Source of the DNA: Leptospira sp.
GTDB taxonomy: Bacteria; Spirochaetota; Leptospiria; Leptospirales; Leptospiraceae
NCBI GenBank assembly: GCA_034439575.1
Contig: JAWXAQ010000008.1
Span: 96,001-160,000, forward strand
DNA length: 64,000 bases
Reading direction: 5' to 3'
Shown here: piece after piece, positions 1 through 11,091 of the stretch
Layout of the letters: each line of letters starts with the position of its first letter
Numbering within the stretch: position 1 is the stretch's first letter
The notes under the pieces: model-generated
What the model saw: only the letters and a program-made list of their open reading frames with translations
Told to the model about the DNA's origin: nothing
Databases searched by the model: none
Position numbers and translations under genes: made by a program

Positions 1-621
1 GTGGTGTTCGACACTTCTTCTGGGCCTATACTCATTGATGAGAATGCAAAAATTTCCTCATTCAGTTTTTTGGAAGGTCCACTTTATATTGGTAAAGATT
101 CACAAATTGACAATGCCAGGATTACTGGTGGGTCTCTTGTCGGGAAAAATTGTAGGATAGGTGGCGAGGTAGAAAATACAATCATTCTGGATTATTCCAA
201 CAAACATCATGAAGGTTTTTTGGGACATTCCTTCGTTTCAAATTGGGTAAACCTTGGCGCACTATCTACGACTTCAGATTTAAAAAATAATTATGGGATT
301 ATTAAATTAAAAATTGGAACTACGGAAGCGAACACTGGGACTATTAAATTTGGATCCATCATCGGACCATTTTCTAAAATTGCTATTGGTGTTATGCTAA
401 ATACGGGCTGTGTTTTAGATATTGGATCAAATATTGTAGAAGATAGAATTTCAGGTTACAGTCACCCATTTACTTGGATAGCAAAAGGTTCTTTTTATCG
501 CTTGGATTCATTTTTAACTGACACAAAAAAAATAATGGCAAGACGTGAAATAAATTTAACTGAACCAGAAGAAAATTATCTTAATTTATTATATTCTAAA
601 TTAGTGGAATCGGCTAAGTGA
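1..621 (+). CDS. Sugar nucleotidyltransferase/GlmU-like protein, C-terminal left-handed beta-helix (5'-truncated by window edge)
   Basis: Hexapeptide-like repeats plus NKHHEGFLGHS, WVNLGA..TTSDLKNNY and KFGSIIG, typical of the LbH tail of G1P-thymidylyltransferase-like proteins. Confidence 0.75.
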   Translation: MVFDTSSGPILIDENAKISSFSFLEGPLYIGKDSQIDNARITGGSLVGKNCRIGGEVENTIILDYSNKHHEGFLGHSFVSNWVNLGALSTTSDLKNNYGIIKLKIGTTEANTGTIKFGSIIGPFSKIAIGVMLNTGCVLDIGSNIVEDRISGYSHPFTWIAKGSFYRLDSFLTDTKKIMARREINLTEPEENYLNLLYSKLVESAK

Positions 622-1529
622 GCCCATTATTGCAGGAGCATTTAAATTTAGGAAAATTCATCGATATAGATGGAGTGAAATATTTTTATCGAGATCAAGG
701 TTCAAAAGATGAGATAGTGGTTCTCTTACATGGTTTTTTGGTTACTTCGTATCATTATCGTAAACTGATTTCCCTTTTAGAAAAAAAATATAGAGTTGTC
801 GCTCCAGATTTTCTTGGTATTGGATTGAGTGAGAGACCCCTAACACCTCTTTCGCACAGAATGCAAGCATACTACTTATATAAGTTTTTGGAAAAAGTGA
901 CACAAGAAAAAAAGGTTCATATCGTAGCGCATGATTATGCATTGCCTATCCTTGGTTTCTTATTAAAAGAACACCCAGAACATATCAAATCATTAACGAT
1001 TACAAATGGATTTTTAAATTTACCAAAATTTAAATTCTATTTACCTTTAAATCTTTTGAAAATACCTTTGTTCGGTGATATTTTGTCTTTTATGTTTCGA
1101 CCGCCACTTCTCAAACTTTTTTACCAATTATTTTTAACAAAAAAAGGATTTAAGTTTGATACCAATTGGGAAAAAGATACCTTCCAACTTTTGTTTGCTG
1201 GTAAAAATCGTAAAAACACTCTAGAATTTATTAGAAATGTAGATAGGTCAAGTCATACCGTCCGCGATTTAGAAGATGGTATCAAATCCCTTGTCGGTCA
1301 AAGGCAAATCATTGTTGGGGATTCTGATTTTCGGATTTCCCCTTACCAAACAGAATTTATAAAAGCAACTCTAAGAACGAGTGCCCATTCATCTGTGCCT
1401 TCCAACCATTTACCTATGGAAGAATGTCCAGAAGAACTTGCAGGAAAGATAGAGTATTTGGTTGATTCATATTCGCGTAACAAAGCGAAGGTATTTAATT
1501 TTAAGAGAAAAAGCGGCGAAGAAGAGTAA
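618..1529 (+). CDS. Alpha/beta fold hydrolase (epoxide hydrolase/haloalkane dehalogenase-like)
   Basis: LLHGF oxyanion motif, [10 protein letters not shown], nucleophile elbow VAHDYA, C-terminal His (NHLP); 4-nt overlap with the upstream stop. Confidence 0.8.
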   Translation: MSPLLQEHLNLGKFIDIDGVKYFYRDQGSKDEIVVLLHGFLVTSYHYRKLISLLEKKYRVVAPDFLGIGLSERPLTPLSHRMQAYYLYKFLEKVTQEKKVHIVAHDYALPILGFLLKEHPEHIKSLTITNGFLNLPKFKFYLPLNLLKIPLFGDILSFMFRPPLLKLFYQLFLTKKGFKFDTNWEKDTFQLLFAGKNRKNTLEFIRNVDRSSHTVRDLEDGIKSLVGQRQIIVGDSDFRISPYQTEFIKATLRTSAHSSVPSNHLPMEECPEELAGKIEYLVDSYSRNKAKVFNFKRKSGEEE

Positions 1530-1530
1530 T

Positions 1531-3132
1531 ATGGAAACAATTCTTTCTAATATCAAAAATAAATCTAAGGATTTTTTAGAAAATCGATCCGCATTTTTAG
1601 AAATTGCAGTACCTATCAGAAATCTAATCAATCAAGTAAAGTTAGGTGGTGGTGAAAAGGCCATGGAACGCCACAAGTCAAGGGGCAAATTGACGGCTCG
1701 TGAAAGAATTTCTAATTTGATAGATGATGGAACTGAGTTCTTAGAAATTGCTTGTTTGGCGGCAGAAGGTGTTTATCCTGATCTTGTGCCATCAGCAGGT
1801 ATCGTTACAGGTATCGGTCGCGTTGAAGGCATAGAATGTATGATAGTGGCAAATGATGCCACGGTTAAGGGTGGTACATATTACCCCCTAACAGTTAAAA
1901 AACACATTCGCGCACAAGAAATTGCAGAAAGAAATTATCTTCCCTGTATCTATTTAGTAGATTCTGGTGGTGCATTTTTGCCCATGCAAGATGAAGTTTT
2001 TCCTGACAAGGATCATTTTGGTCGAATATTTTTTAACCAAGCAAATATGAGTGCAAAGGGCATCTCTCAGATAGCGGTTGTTATGGGCTCCTGCACAGCG
2101 GGCGGTGCTTATATTCCTGCTATGTCTGATGAGTCAGTGATTGTAAAGGGGAATGGAACCATCTTTCTCGGTGGCCCACCTCTTGTGAAGGCGGCGACAG
2201 GAGAAATCGTCACACCAGAAGAGTTAGGTGGTGCAGATGTGCATTGCAGAGTTTCTGGAGTCACTGATCATTATGCAGAAGATGATTTTCATGCCATTGA
2301 GATCACTCGTTCTATCGTCCGGAATTTAAACGCAAAGAAAAAAGTTTTTCCGAGACAAACAAAAGATCCACTTTACCCAGGAGTTGAAATTTACGGTGTC
2401 ATACAAAAAGATTCCCGTAAAACTTACGATGTAAAAGAAATCATCGCAAGACTCGTAGATGGTTCCTTTTTTCATGAATTCAAAAAATTATATGGTACAA
2501 CATTAATATGCGGATTTGCTGAAATACATGGTTATCCAGTGGGAATCATTGCAAATAACGGTGTACTTTTTTCGGAAAGTGCATTGAAAGCGGCTCACTT
2601 CATTGAACTTTGTGACCAAAGACGAATTCCTTTATTATTTCTTCAAAATATTACAGGCTTTATGGTTGGGAAAAAATTTGAAACTTCTGGCATTGCTCGT
2701 GATGGAGCAAAAATGGTGAACGCTGTTTCGACAACGAGTGTTCCTAAGCTAACCGTGGTTACCGGTGGTTCTTATGGTGCTGGAAATTACGGAATGTGTG
2801 GACGGGCTTTTGCTCCTGATTTTCTATGGATGTGGCCTAATGCTCGCATCTCAGTTATGGGTGGTGAGCAGGCGGCCAATGTTCTATGGACTGTAAAATT
2901 GGACCAAGCCGAAAAGGAAGGAAAGTCACTTTCTGCGGCTGATGAGATTGCTTTTAAGAAACCAATTTTAGAAGATTATGAAAAAAAGTCTTCCTCTGTT
3001 TATAGTTCTGCCCGTCTATGGGATGACGGTATTATTGACCCAAGCGAAACACGAGATATCTTAGGACGCGCACTTTCCATCGTGTCTGCCAGAGAAATTG
3101 AAAGAAAACCTTTCGGGGTTTTCCGAATGTGA
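1531..3132 (+). CDS. Acyl-CoA carboxylase carboxyltransferase (3-methylcrotonyl-CoA carboxylase beta-like)
   Basis: [50 protein letters not shown] and FGVFRM C-terminus; start set to ATG 1531 directly after the upstream stop. Confidence 0.92.
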   Translation: METILSNIKNKSKDFLENRSAFLEIAVPIRNLINQVKLGGGEKAMERHKSRGKLTARERISNLIDDGTEFLEIACLAAEGVYPDLVPSAGIVTGIGRVEGIECMIVANDATVKGGTYYPLTVKKHIRAQEIAERNYLPCIYLVDSGGAFLPMQDEVFPDKDHFGRIFFNQANMSAKGISQIAVVMGSCTAGGAYIPAMSDESVIVKGNGTIFLGGPPLVKAATGEIVTPEELGGADVHCRVSGVTDHYAEDDFHAIEITRSIVRNLNAKKKVFPRQTKDPLYPGVEIYGVIQKDSRKTYDVKEIIARLVDGSFFHEFKKLYGTTLICGFAEIHGYPVGIIANNGVLFSESALKAAHFIELCDQRRIPLLFLQNITGFMVGKKFETSGIARDGAKMVNAVSTTSVPKLTVVTGGSYGAGNYGMCGRAFAPDFLWMWPNARISVMGGEQAANVLWTVKLDQAEKEGKSLSAADEIAFKKPILEDYEKKSSSVYSSARLWDDGIIDPSETRDILGRALSIVSAREIERKPFGVFRM

Positions 3133-3177
3133 TATTTTTTTCTTTTCTATTTCAATCCAGAGAGAAAGATCAAAGCT

Positions 3178-3555
3178 ATGTTGATACACGAAAAAATCTT
3201 AGATACCATTCCAGTAGTTTCCATTGAAGGGGAAGTTGACCTTTACAATGCGAAGGAACTAAAGGACATTCTAGATCAAAAAATCAAAAACCAACAATAT
3301 GAAATCGTTATCAATTTAGAAAAGGTCCCCTTTATGGATTCGTCTGGAATCGGAACACTTGTTACCGCGATGTACAAATTAAAAAAATATCATGGAAACT
3401 TGAAAGTGTGCAATGTGCACGGTTCTGTCGCGAAAGTATTTAAACTTACTGGAATGGAAAGTCACCTACAAGTTCATGAAAATGAAAAAGTAGCCATAGA
3501 GAGTTTGATTGCTGAAAGAGGTGAAAACCCTCCTGCTCCTCCAACACCAAACTGA
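3178..3555 (+). CDS. STAS-domain anti-sigma-factor antagonist (RsbV/SpoIIAA-like)
   Basis: GEVDLYNA and VPFMDSSGIGTL with the phosphorylatable Ser. Confidence 0.9.
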   Translation: MLIHEKILDTIPVVSIEGEVDLYNAKELKDILDQKIKNQQYEIVINLEKVPFMDSSGIGTLVTAMYKLKKYHGNLKVCNVHGSVAKVFKLTGMESHLQVHENEKVAIESLIAERGENPPAPPTPN

Positions 3556-3945
3556 TTTTGAACTACTTTTTAATATTCTAATTTTCTTAAGTATAGAAAT
3601 TAAATTTCTTTTTGTATTGATTCATAAATTCCGAAATTAAATTAAAATTTTTAATAGTGATATCAATATCATCATTACCATAGTTAATCCTTTCTTAAAA
3701 GAATCTTTTTTATATTTTCTTCAGATAAAGTAATCAATCGATAATTGGCAAAGTCTTACTTATGCCTTTTCGTAACATGCAAGATGTAAACGTCAGCAAA
3801 ACTCATAGTATTTATCCTAAGTAATGAAGAGGTGACTGATTTCAAAATGATAGTTTCATTTTAATTAAAAATCAAAAAGTTTTTATTTATATAAAAATGT
3901 CGAATCTTGAATGGGAAAGTCGCCTAAATTTCGTCTTGAATAATA

Positions 3946-4824
3946 ATGGAACCATTAGATATCAATTGTTGGAAAAAGATGAGTCCCGAGGCGGCCAAAA
4001 GAACGCTTCTTATGGTTTCGCAAAGCGAAGTATCTAGAGAATTCTTTGAGATATTATATTTTACTCCCGAACTCAGAGATTACTTTGTAGGATACCTCTG
4101 GATTCTCTGGGAAGATTCCCAGGCGGACTCTATCTTCAAAAATCCACATTTGCCTATTGAAATTGTTGAACATTATATCTATTTAGCCTTGGGTAGATAT
4201 CTCATTGATGGCAAAGAGGAATATGGAAGTTACATATCAAAAGTTACGAAACTTTTTCCATCAGAGATGAGTTTACAACTTCTTTCTTCAGAAATAGTAA
4301 GCAAAGATAAAACTTTAAAAATCAATCTTCTTGCAAACTTGGACGCGAAGGCCTGGGATTCATTTTTTGCCAAAATAGAAGACTCACCAAATGGTTTCGC
4401 CGATCTTGCACTCTTATTTGACCATCTTGAAATTGAAGAGCTTCGACGTCTTTTTTTTCGAAACCAAAATCTTTATGCATCCATTCGAATGATTTTTGTC
4501 TTTCTTAAAGAATCAAATCTGATTAAACCCGAATTAATAGCACTCATCGAGACATTGCTTTTTCAAATTGGACGATGGGAAGATTTTGTAAAAGAAATGA
4601 AAAATATTTTTGAATTAGAAGAGGAAAAAAGAAGTAATCCGAAAGATAGAAATTCGAATCGATTATCAATCATATTACATGAACTGATGCAAATTGCAGC
4701 CGATGAACGAATGTTAATTTTAGATTTTTTCCTATTGAATGAATTACTCTTTGATGATAACGAAAGACAAACGATAGATTATATTTTGAGTGTCTACTCA
4801 AAGGAAGAAGTCGCTGCAATCTAG
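3946..4824 (+). CDS. Hypothetical protein (helical)
   Basis: 292-aa ORF, ATG start, no motif recognised. Confidence 0.6.
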   Translation: MEPLDINCWKKMSPEAAKRTLLMVSQSEVSREFFEILYFTPELRDYFVGYLWILWEDSQADSIFKNPHLPIEIVEHYIYLALGRYLIDGKEEYGSYISKVTKLFPSEMSLQLLSSEIVSKDKTLKINLLANLDAKAWDSFFAKIEDSPNGFADLALLFDHLEIEELRRLFFRNQNLYASIRMIFVFLKESNLIKPELIALIETLLFQIGRWEDFVKEMKNIFELEEEKRSNPKDRNSNRLSIILHELMQIAADERMLILDFFLLNELLFDDNERQTIDYILSVYSKEEVAAI

Positions 4825-4948
4825 GATTGAAACTAACAAAATCACTGTGCACACAGTAATTCGAATGCAATTTGTATAGATATCTTTAACTTCATTCCTT
4901 GATTTCATTTCGAGTGAAAATTAAAAACCAAACTATGTACGAAAATTA

Positions 4949-5512
4949 TTACTCTCTATAGTGGGGAAGGTATAGATTAGATGCCACTTGGTTTTTAATG
5001 TCTATTCCCTGTAACTTTTCAAGTAAAAACAAAGAAAATTCAAAAGCTGAACCAGGGCCAATGCTCGTATGGATATGGTTATGTGAAACAATTCTTTCGG
5101 ATTTATAAACTCCACCAGTAGTCATATGAATGCTTGTCGGAAAGGCAGTAAAAGGATCATTTCCCGATATAATTTTCCAAAACCTGAGTGCATTCGGGGC
5201 GGCACATATAGCACCAAGTAAAGCTTTTCTTTCATTTTGTTTTTGAACCATCTGTTCAAGGAGTTTTGAGCTTTGTAAATTTTTGGTTCCCTCTAAACCA
5301 CCTGGCAAAACGATTAAATCAAAAAAAAGTTCAGATACTTCTTCTAAGCTTTTGTCGGCAAGATGAATCGTTTTTCTTGCGGCAACGATGGGTCCCGATG
5401 AAATGGACGCAGTCACCACTTCGACACCTCCGCGCCTGAGAACATCGGCAAGGATGATACCCTCCATTTCTTCAAAGCCTGGAGCGAGTGGGATTAATGC
5501 GGTTTTTGGCAT
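4949..5512 (-). CDS. DJ-1/PfpI (ThiJ/YajL) family protein
   Basis: GFEEME, VLPGG, AICAAP nucleophile Cys, TSIGPG. Confidence 0.92.
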   Translation of the reverse strand: MPKTALIPLAPGFEEMEGIILADVLRRGGVEVVTASISSGPIVAARKTIHLADKSLEEVSELFFDLIVLPGGLEGTKNLQSSKLLEQMVQKQNERKALLGAICAAPNALRFWKIISGNDPFTAFPTSIHMTTGGVYKSERIVSHNHIHTSIGPGSAFEFSLFLLEKLQGIDIKNQVASNLYLPHYRE

Positions 5513-5642
5513 ACATTGTACACTAACAGTGTGGACAATGTGTTCAAGCCTAAATTATTTTTGTCATCTTCCGAATGAGTTAAAAACAAATTTGGTGGAA
5601 AAAAAGTCTAATACAACAGAGGAGAATATTGTTTTGCGATCT

Positions 5643-6818
5643 ATGAACCAAACAAAATCAAATCAATTTAAATTTATAGCAATTGCTTCTACTTTTTTAC
5701 TTTTGGGAACTTTTTTGTCCCCAATACTTACTTGTGGAGACTCTCATTCCAACAATCCATTGCAATTGAATGCCGATGCTACCGATAAATTGTCGCCTGC
5801 GCAAACGCAGGCGATCGCTATGGAAGATGCATTCCAAGAAGTATTTGAAAAAGTAGCACCGAGTGTTGTTTCTATTGCCACAGAAAGACGTGTCAATCGA
5901 AGACAAGGAGCTCCCTTAACAGGCGACCCATTCTTTGATCACTTATTCGGCAGACAAGGCTTAGGTGGTGGTAAAGTCATACAAGAAATTCAAAATGGAT
6001 TAGGTTCTGGTATCATTCTAAATGATGAAGGGTACATTTTAACCAATCATCACGTTATAGACGGGATGGATAAACTAACAGTAAAACTACGAAATAAAAA
6101 TAAGTTTAACGCAAAATTAATCGGTTCTGATTCTACAATGGACGTTGCATTACTTAAAATTGATGCACCAAAATCAGAACTTACACCCATTCGTATCGGT
6201 AACTCGGATAAGGTGAAAGTAGGAAATTGGGCGATTGCCATTGGAGCACCCCTTGGATTAGAATATTCTTTTACTGTCGGGGTTGTATCTGCGGTGCAAA
6301 GAGGTGGCATTGATGAATCTGGTTTATCTTATATTCAGACAGACACGGCGATCAACCAAGGAAACAGTGGTGGACCACTTTTAAATATTCGCGGTGAAGT
6401 TATAGGTATCAATCGAATGATTCTTTCTCAATCAGGTGGCTCCGAAGGAATTGGCCTCACGATTCCGATTAACGAAGCTAAACGAATTGCCGAACAACTT
6501 AAAGTCGATGGTAAAGTCACGCGGCCTTGGATCGGAGTCAGCTTAGCACCAATTACGAAAGAAGCAGCTGAACAACTTGGCCTTAAGTCAACGGAAGGTG
6601 CCATCGTGATGGAACGAGTTGTCAATTCTCCTGCGCAGAAAGCAGGTCTTAGATCCTATGATGTGATCACCGAAATTGATGGGAAAGAAGTGAAAACTCC
6701 AAGTGATGTGCAAGTGGCCATAGCAGGATCCAAAATTGGCAAACGAATTGAGATAAAAATCATTCGAAATAAAAATGAAATCTTGACTGCGATCACTCCG
6801 GAGCAGAAACCAAATTGA
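5643..6818 (+). CDS. htrA: HtrA/DegP-like trypsin serine protease with one PDZ domain
   Basis: [28 protein letters not shown] triad motifs and C-terminal PDZ; start set to ATG 5643 before an N-terminal hydrophobic segment. Confidence 0.9.
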   Translation: MNQTKSNQFKFIAIASTFLLLGTFLSPILTCGDSHSNNPLQLNADATDKLSPAQTQAIAMEDAFQEVFEKVAPSVVSIATERRVNRRQGAPLTGDPFFDHLFGRQGLGGGKVIQEIQNGLGSGIILNDEGYILTNHHVIDGMDKLTVKLRNKNKFNAKLIGSDSTMDVALLKIDAPKSELTPIRIGNSDKVKVGNWAIAIGAPLGLEYSFTVGVVSAVQRGGIDESGLSYIQTDTAINQGNSGGPLLNIRGEVIGINRMILSQSGGSEGIGLTIPINEAKRIAEQLKVDGKVTRPWIGVSLAPITKEAAEQLGLKSTEGAIVMERVVNSPAQKAGLRSYDVITEIDGKEVKTPSDVQVAIAGSKIGKRIEIKIIRNKNEILTAITPEQKPN

Positions 6819-6819
6819 A

Positions 6820-7845
6820 GTGAGTTTACGCGAGGAAATAGAATCAATTGGTGAGGATGAACCGAGCCTTCGTCCCACCAAACTTACGGAATTTATAGGA
6901 CAGAAAGAAGTTTTAGCAAACCTTTCTGTCTATATCGAATCAGCGAAAAAAAGAAAATCTCCCCTCGACCATGTTTTGATTTCGGGTCCACCAGGGCTCG
7001 GGAAGACCACTCTTGCCAATATCATCGCCAATGAACTGAATGTGCCCTTCACACCGACTTCAGCACCCGCTATTTCGAAAGGTGCAGATTTGGTGCGTTT
7101 TCTTACGCTTTTAAAAACCAACGAAGTTTTCTTTGTGGATGAAATTCATGGTTTTATCAAAAAACAAGAAGAGTTACTCTATCCTGCTATGGAAAACTTT
7201 TTTGTGGATTTGGTTGTGGGAGAAGGAGTCACTGCCAATGCCCTACAAATTCAATTGCAACCATTTACTCTTGTAGGAGCCACGACTAGATCTGGTTTGG
7301 TGAGTGATCCACTTAAAACAAGATTTGGGATTCATTTAAAGCTAGATTTTTATTCGGATGAAGAAATGTCTATTATCGTTGATCGTTCAGCTGAGATACT
7401 TTCCGTCAAACTTGATAAAGGTGTTGCTTTTGAGATTGGTAAACGTAGTAGAAAAACACCTCGTATCGCCAATCATTTGTTAAAAAGAGTGCGAGATTTT
7501 GGTGAAGTCAAAAATGAAAAGAGCATAACAAAGGATACTTGTATTTATGCTTTTGATAGGATGGGTGTTGATCATCTGGGGCTCGACTCCGTAGATAGAC
7601 AGATTTTAAATATTCTGATCAATCGGTACAATGGCGGACCCGTAGGCATAAAACCCATAGCTGTTGTATTAGGTGAAGAGGAGAGAACCATCGAAGACAC
7701 CTATGAACCATTTTTGGTACGAGTAGGTCTTATAGATAGAACTCCTGCTGGTCGAGTTGCCACAAAATCAGCATATGAACATTTAGGATTAAATTATGTA
7801 AACAATTTGAAATCGGGAGATAAAGATGCGCCAACTTTATTTTGA
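6820..7845 (+). CDS. ruvB: Holliday junction branch migration helicase RuvB
   Basis: [35 protein letters not shown]...RTPAGR. Confidence 0.97.
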   Translation: MSLREEIESIGEDEPSLRPTKLTEFIGQKEVLANLSVYIESAKKRKSPLDHVLISGPPGLGKTTLANIIANELNVPFTPTSAPAISKGADLVRFLTLLKTNEVFFVDEIHGFIKKQEELLYPAMENFFVDLVVGEGVTANALQIQLQPFTLVGATTRSGLVSDPLKTRFGIHLKLDFYSDEEMSIIVDRSAEILSVKLDKGVAFEIGKRSRKTPRIANHLLKRVRDFGEVKNEKSITKDTCIYAFDRMGVDHLGLDSVDRQILNILINRYNGGPVGIKPIAVVLGEEERTIEDTYEPFLVRVGLIDRTPAGRVATKSAYEHLGLNYVNNLKSGDKDAPTLF

Positions 7846-8737
7846 TTTCAATCTCCCTGAAAATGAAGAGGGCGAAAAACGACTATTTTTTTCAGCAGCC
7901 TTTGTTGTTTTGATTTGTTCTTTGCTTCTTGGTCATTTGGTAACTAGAAATATGTTATGGAAGATGCTCGGTGAAGAATCATCAGAAATGATGCTGCCCG
8001 CGGAAGAAAAAGAAAAGATATATGATGTGTTAGTCGAACAGCAGTTTATCAATCCAGAAAAAAAAGATGAATACAAAGCTTTATCAAATCAGGATTCAGC
8101 TGGTGGTGGCGGAATTACAGAGAAACAAGGTTTTCACACTCTTTCCCCATTTCGTGAATTTATTTTTGGGAGTGCCGCATCGAATCCTTCCACAAGCCAA
8201 CCAAAGACCGAAGAAACAAAAGAAGATGACCTTTTTGAAATAGGTATTTTTAAAGCAGATCCTATCTCCAAACAAACTACCGAGGAATCAACGAATCAAA
8301 GTCAGTCGTCTGGCAAAATGATGAAAATTCCATTTAATTATAGATTCCAACAAGACTTTCTTTTTAGATGGGATGGTGCTAAGGCACTCACAGTTCCCAC
8401 CAAACAATTTGCAGGTTATTATTATTTTAAAAATATGTTACGTCGAATCGAAGAATCATTTGCTCCACCTGGTGGAGGAAATTACGGATACCGAGATATG
8501 GCAGGTACTGTCACAAGGGAAGGGATCAAACCTGGAATGACAAAAGTTCAATTTCTCTTAAGTGAAGGCGGGCAAGTTTTGGATGTAAAATTGATTTCAT
8601 CTCAAGGCCAAACAGTGGTAGATCAATCTTGCGTGGATTCCATTCGGGGACAGAATTTTGGTCCAGTCCCCGAAGAAATTAAAGCAAAAGGTTTAATATT
8701 TGGAATCAACTTTATATTTCCCGATATGTATCGTTAA
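7826..8737 (+). CDS. Membrane-anchored protein with TonB/TolA-like C-terminal domain
   Basis: N-terminal TM helix, polar linker, C-terminal [35 protein letters not shown] pattern. Confidence 0.65.
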   Translation: MRQLYFDFNLPENEEGEKRLFFSAAFVVLICSLLLGHLVTRNMLWKMLGEESSEMMLPAEEKEKIYDVLVEQQFINPEKKDEYKALSNQDSAGGGGITEKQGFHTLSPFREFIFGSAASNPSTSQPKTEETKEDDLFEIGIFKADPISKQTTEESTNQSQSSGKMMKIPFNYRFQQDFLFRWDGAKALTVPTKQFAGYYYFKNMLRRIEESFAPPGGGNYGYRDMAGTVTREGIKPGMTKVQFLLSEGGQVLDVKLISSQGQTVVDQSCVDSIRGQNFGPVPEEIKAKGLIFGINFIFPDMYR

Positions 8738-8744
8738 ACTAACG

Positions 8745-9056
8745 TTAATCGTTTCTCAAAACACATCCATTTTTTTCATTTAAATAAATGGCCTTGTTTG
8801 TGCGTCCAAGTCCTGTCACACTCACTTCTTTTTTTACAGTATCATTTATAAATTCACCAATTGGCACCCATTGGCGTGCAAAATCATGACACTGTTCTTC
8901 GGAAAGTTTCATCACATAAAAACATGAACAAAACTCTTTGGAGTAAAAACTGGATATAATGGAGGGAAATGCTTCCACGTGTTTCCAATTCCATTGAAAC
9001 CAAACAAGAATTAGGAGAAGGATGCTTAAGGAAATGCCAAGTATCTTTTTTTTCAT
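8745..9056 (-). CDS. Small membrane-anchored Cys-containing protein, likely partner of the adjacent serine hydrolase
   Basis: N-terminal TM, SKEFCSCFYV and terminal GCVL, similar to N-terminal extensions of AmpC-like hydrolases; 5 nt from upstream gene. Confidence 0.55.
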   Translation of the reverse strand: MKKKILGISLSILLLILVWFQWNWKHVEAFPSIISSFYSKEFCSCFYVMKLSEEQCHDFARQWVPIGEFINDTVKKEVSVTGLGRTNKAIYLNEKNGCVLRND

Positions 9057-9061
9057 ATTTA

Positions 9062-10243
9062 TTACCTGATTACGGATTCTTTGATGAGTTTCAAAAAATC
9101 ATTTTTGATGAACATTTTTTCTCTATCATCACCATAGCGGACAATGATCATATCTAGGCTAGGGATCACATACATACTTTGACCCCAATGTCCTAAAGCG
9201 GCAAAAGTATCTTTTGGAGCATCTGGCCAAGCTTCGGGCACTCCTCTTTCCGGTATACCCGTGTTAGCATACCAATGCGAAGTATAATTGTCCTTTGGGA
9301 GATCTTCATAATAGGATGTAGTTTTATAAGCGGGAGAAGGTGTCATTGTAAAATTTACCCAAGACTCTGGAAGTAATCGATTTCCTTCCCAGACTCCATC
9401 ATTCAAATAAAGATAACCGATTTTTGCTAGATCCCTTGCCGTCAAATATAGATAAGATGAACCTACAAAAGTTCCTGACGCATCTTGTTCAAAAGTGGCA
9501 TTTTTGATTCCTAAAGGAGCAAACAGCTGTTTGAAGGGGAGGTCGTTGTATTCATCTTTTCCATATACATTCTTTAATATCGCAGAAAGAATGTTTGTAT
9601 CACAGCTAGAATAATACACTTGAGTTCCAGGCTCAGCTCTGAGAGGAAGTCCACTACAATAAGTTCCCATATCTTTTCTGCCACGAGTATATAACATGGC
9701 GATGACACTCGACTTTAGAGGGCCACTTTCGTATCCTTCTTCTGCATCAAGACCTGATGACATATTGAGTAAGTGTCGAATTGTAATTTTTTTATGCGCC
9801 TCATCTTTGCCAAGTGTATCAAAATGATAATAACCAGGATCATCCAATTTGAGTACGTCATTTTTTATAGCTATGCCATACATTGCTTGTAAGATACTTT
9901 TTGAGACTGACCATGTTAGGTGAAGTTTGTCTTTATCAAAATTTCTCGCATATCTTTCATAAATGATTTTTCCATTTCTAATGATGACGACCGCATCTGT
10001 TCGTCTTCCTTTGCGATCCGTATCATCACCGGTTCTTTGAAATGCATATTCATCAACTAACTTAAGTTTATCTCCCGACACACCAACTGTTTCGGGTTTG
10101 GTTTCTTTCCATCCGTCTGTCGGCCATTCTGGTTTTTGACGTAAAGGCAAGGAAGACACTTCCGGAGCGCCGCCATATGGACTTAAATCTTTACCACATT
10201 GGATCAGTAGTAATAAAGATAAGTAGATAAAGATCTTTTGCAT
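9062..10243 (-). CDS. Beta-lactamase-family (class C-like) serine hydrolase lipoprotein
   Basis: SxxK (WSVSKS), LLNMSSG, YYSS, ALGHWGQ; lipobox LLIQC after ATG 10243. Confidence 0.85.
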   Translation of the reverse strand: MQKIFIYLSLLLLIQCGKDLSPYGGAPEVSSLPLRQKPEWPTDGWKETKPETVGVSGDKLKLVDEYAFQRTGDDTDRKGRRTDAVVIIRNGKIIYERYARNFDKDKLHLTWSVSKSILQAMYGIAIKNDVLKLDDPGYYHFDTLGKDEAHKKITIRHLLNMSSGLDAEEGYESGPLKSSVIAMLYTRGRKDMGTYCSGLPLRAEPGTQVYYSSCDTNILSAILKNVYGKDEYNDLPFKQLFAPLGIKNATFEQDASGTFVGSSYLYLTARDLAKIGYLYLNDGVWEGNRLLPESWVNFTMTPSPAYKTTSYYEDLPKDNYTSHWYANTGIPERGVPEAWPDAPKDTFAALGHWGQSMYVIPSLDMIIVRYGDDREKMFIKNDFLKLIKESVIR

Positions 10244-10312
10244 GATTTGACCATCTGTAAGTTTTTGATCGTCATAGATTAAGATAAGTTTTTCAAAAGA
10301 ACAAATCAAAAA

Positions 10313-10732
10313 TTATAGTTTTGATTTTTTTGCGTATCCTTGCAAACGATTGACCATGGATGTTAGACCATTGCGCCGAGAAATGGAAAGGAACTTGGAA
10401 AGCCCTATATCATCTATAAATTGTAGCGAAGCCTCTGCTATTTCTTCAGGAGTGTGGTTTGAAAATACACGAATCAGAATCGCGATTAATCCTTTTGTCA
10501 AAGCTGTATCGCTATCTGCAAAAAATGTTAGGTTTTCTCCCTGTACATTTGGATAAAGCCAGACCTTTGATTGGCACCCTGGAACAAGAAATTCTTCGGA
10601 TCGTTTTTCGTTTGGATAAACGGGAAGTTCTTCTCCGAGTTCAATCAGATATTGAAATTTTTCTTCCCAATCAGTAAGGTCAGCAAACTCTAAGATAACT
10701 TCTTTTTGAATTTCTTCTATGGACTTTGTCAT
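10313..10732 (-). CDS. sufE: Fe-S cluster sulfur acceptor SufE
   Basis: WEEKFQYLIELG, VPGCQSKVW, ADSD, LSISRRNGL. Confidence 0.93.
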   Translation of the reverse strand: MTKSIEEIQKEVILEFADLTDWEEKFQYLIELGEELPVYPNEKRSEEFLVPGCQSKVWLYPNVQGENLTFFADSDTALTKGLIAILIRVFSNHTPEEIAEASLQFIDDIGLSKFLSISRRNGLTSMVNRLQGYAKKSKL

Positions 10733-10734
10733 AT

Positions 10735-11091
10735 CTATTTTTTTGACTCAGGGAACGAAGAGAATTTTTCTTTCTTTCGCATATAGAATTTTGGAACTTT
10801 TTCTCCCGGAATTTTTATCTCAACTCTGTTTTCCGTTGTGGCCCATAACTCCGCTGGTATGCCGTCTAAGTCGAATAAGTATTCCACACGAGTTCGTAAG
10901 GTGAGGTCATATTCTTTCTCGTTCATAAATAGTTTTTTGTTTTCAAAATCTACAAATAAGCATAACGGAGGTTTAGCGAGAACATAACAAAATTCTCCTT
11001 TTTTGGGAACTCCCTTATGAAAGAGACCGCATGCTAAGTGTAAACTAAAAGTTAATAGTAGTAAAGAATTTAGTAAAAACATAAATTTCAC
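10735..11091 (-). CDS. Hypothetical lipoprotein
   Basis: Hydrophobic N-terminus ending HLAC (lipobox-like); tightly packed in the operon. Confidence 0.6.
   Translation of the reverse strand: MKFMFLLNSLLLLTFSLHLACGLFHKGVPKKGEFCYVLAKPPLCLFVDFENKKLFMNEKEYDLTLRTRVEYLFDLDGIPAELWATTENRVEIKIPGEKVPKFYMRKKEKFSSFPESKK

Noticed and set aside
3655-3682. Fur-box-like ATC/ATT repeats in the AT-rich gap at 3556-3945
   Set aside because: Only about 13/19 match by eye in very AT-rich DNA, and no iron-related gene is adjacent.
5388-5642. 85-aa N-terminal extension of the HtrA ORF
   Set aside because: It overlaps the divergent DJ-1 gene; the signal-like segment starts at ATG 5643.
9062-10243. Possible antibiotic-resistance beta-lactamase
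   Set aside because: Motifs fit the broad class C-like esterase/amidase group (YSS and LGHWGQ rather than YxN and KTG); resistance cannot be inferred.
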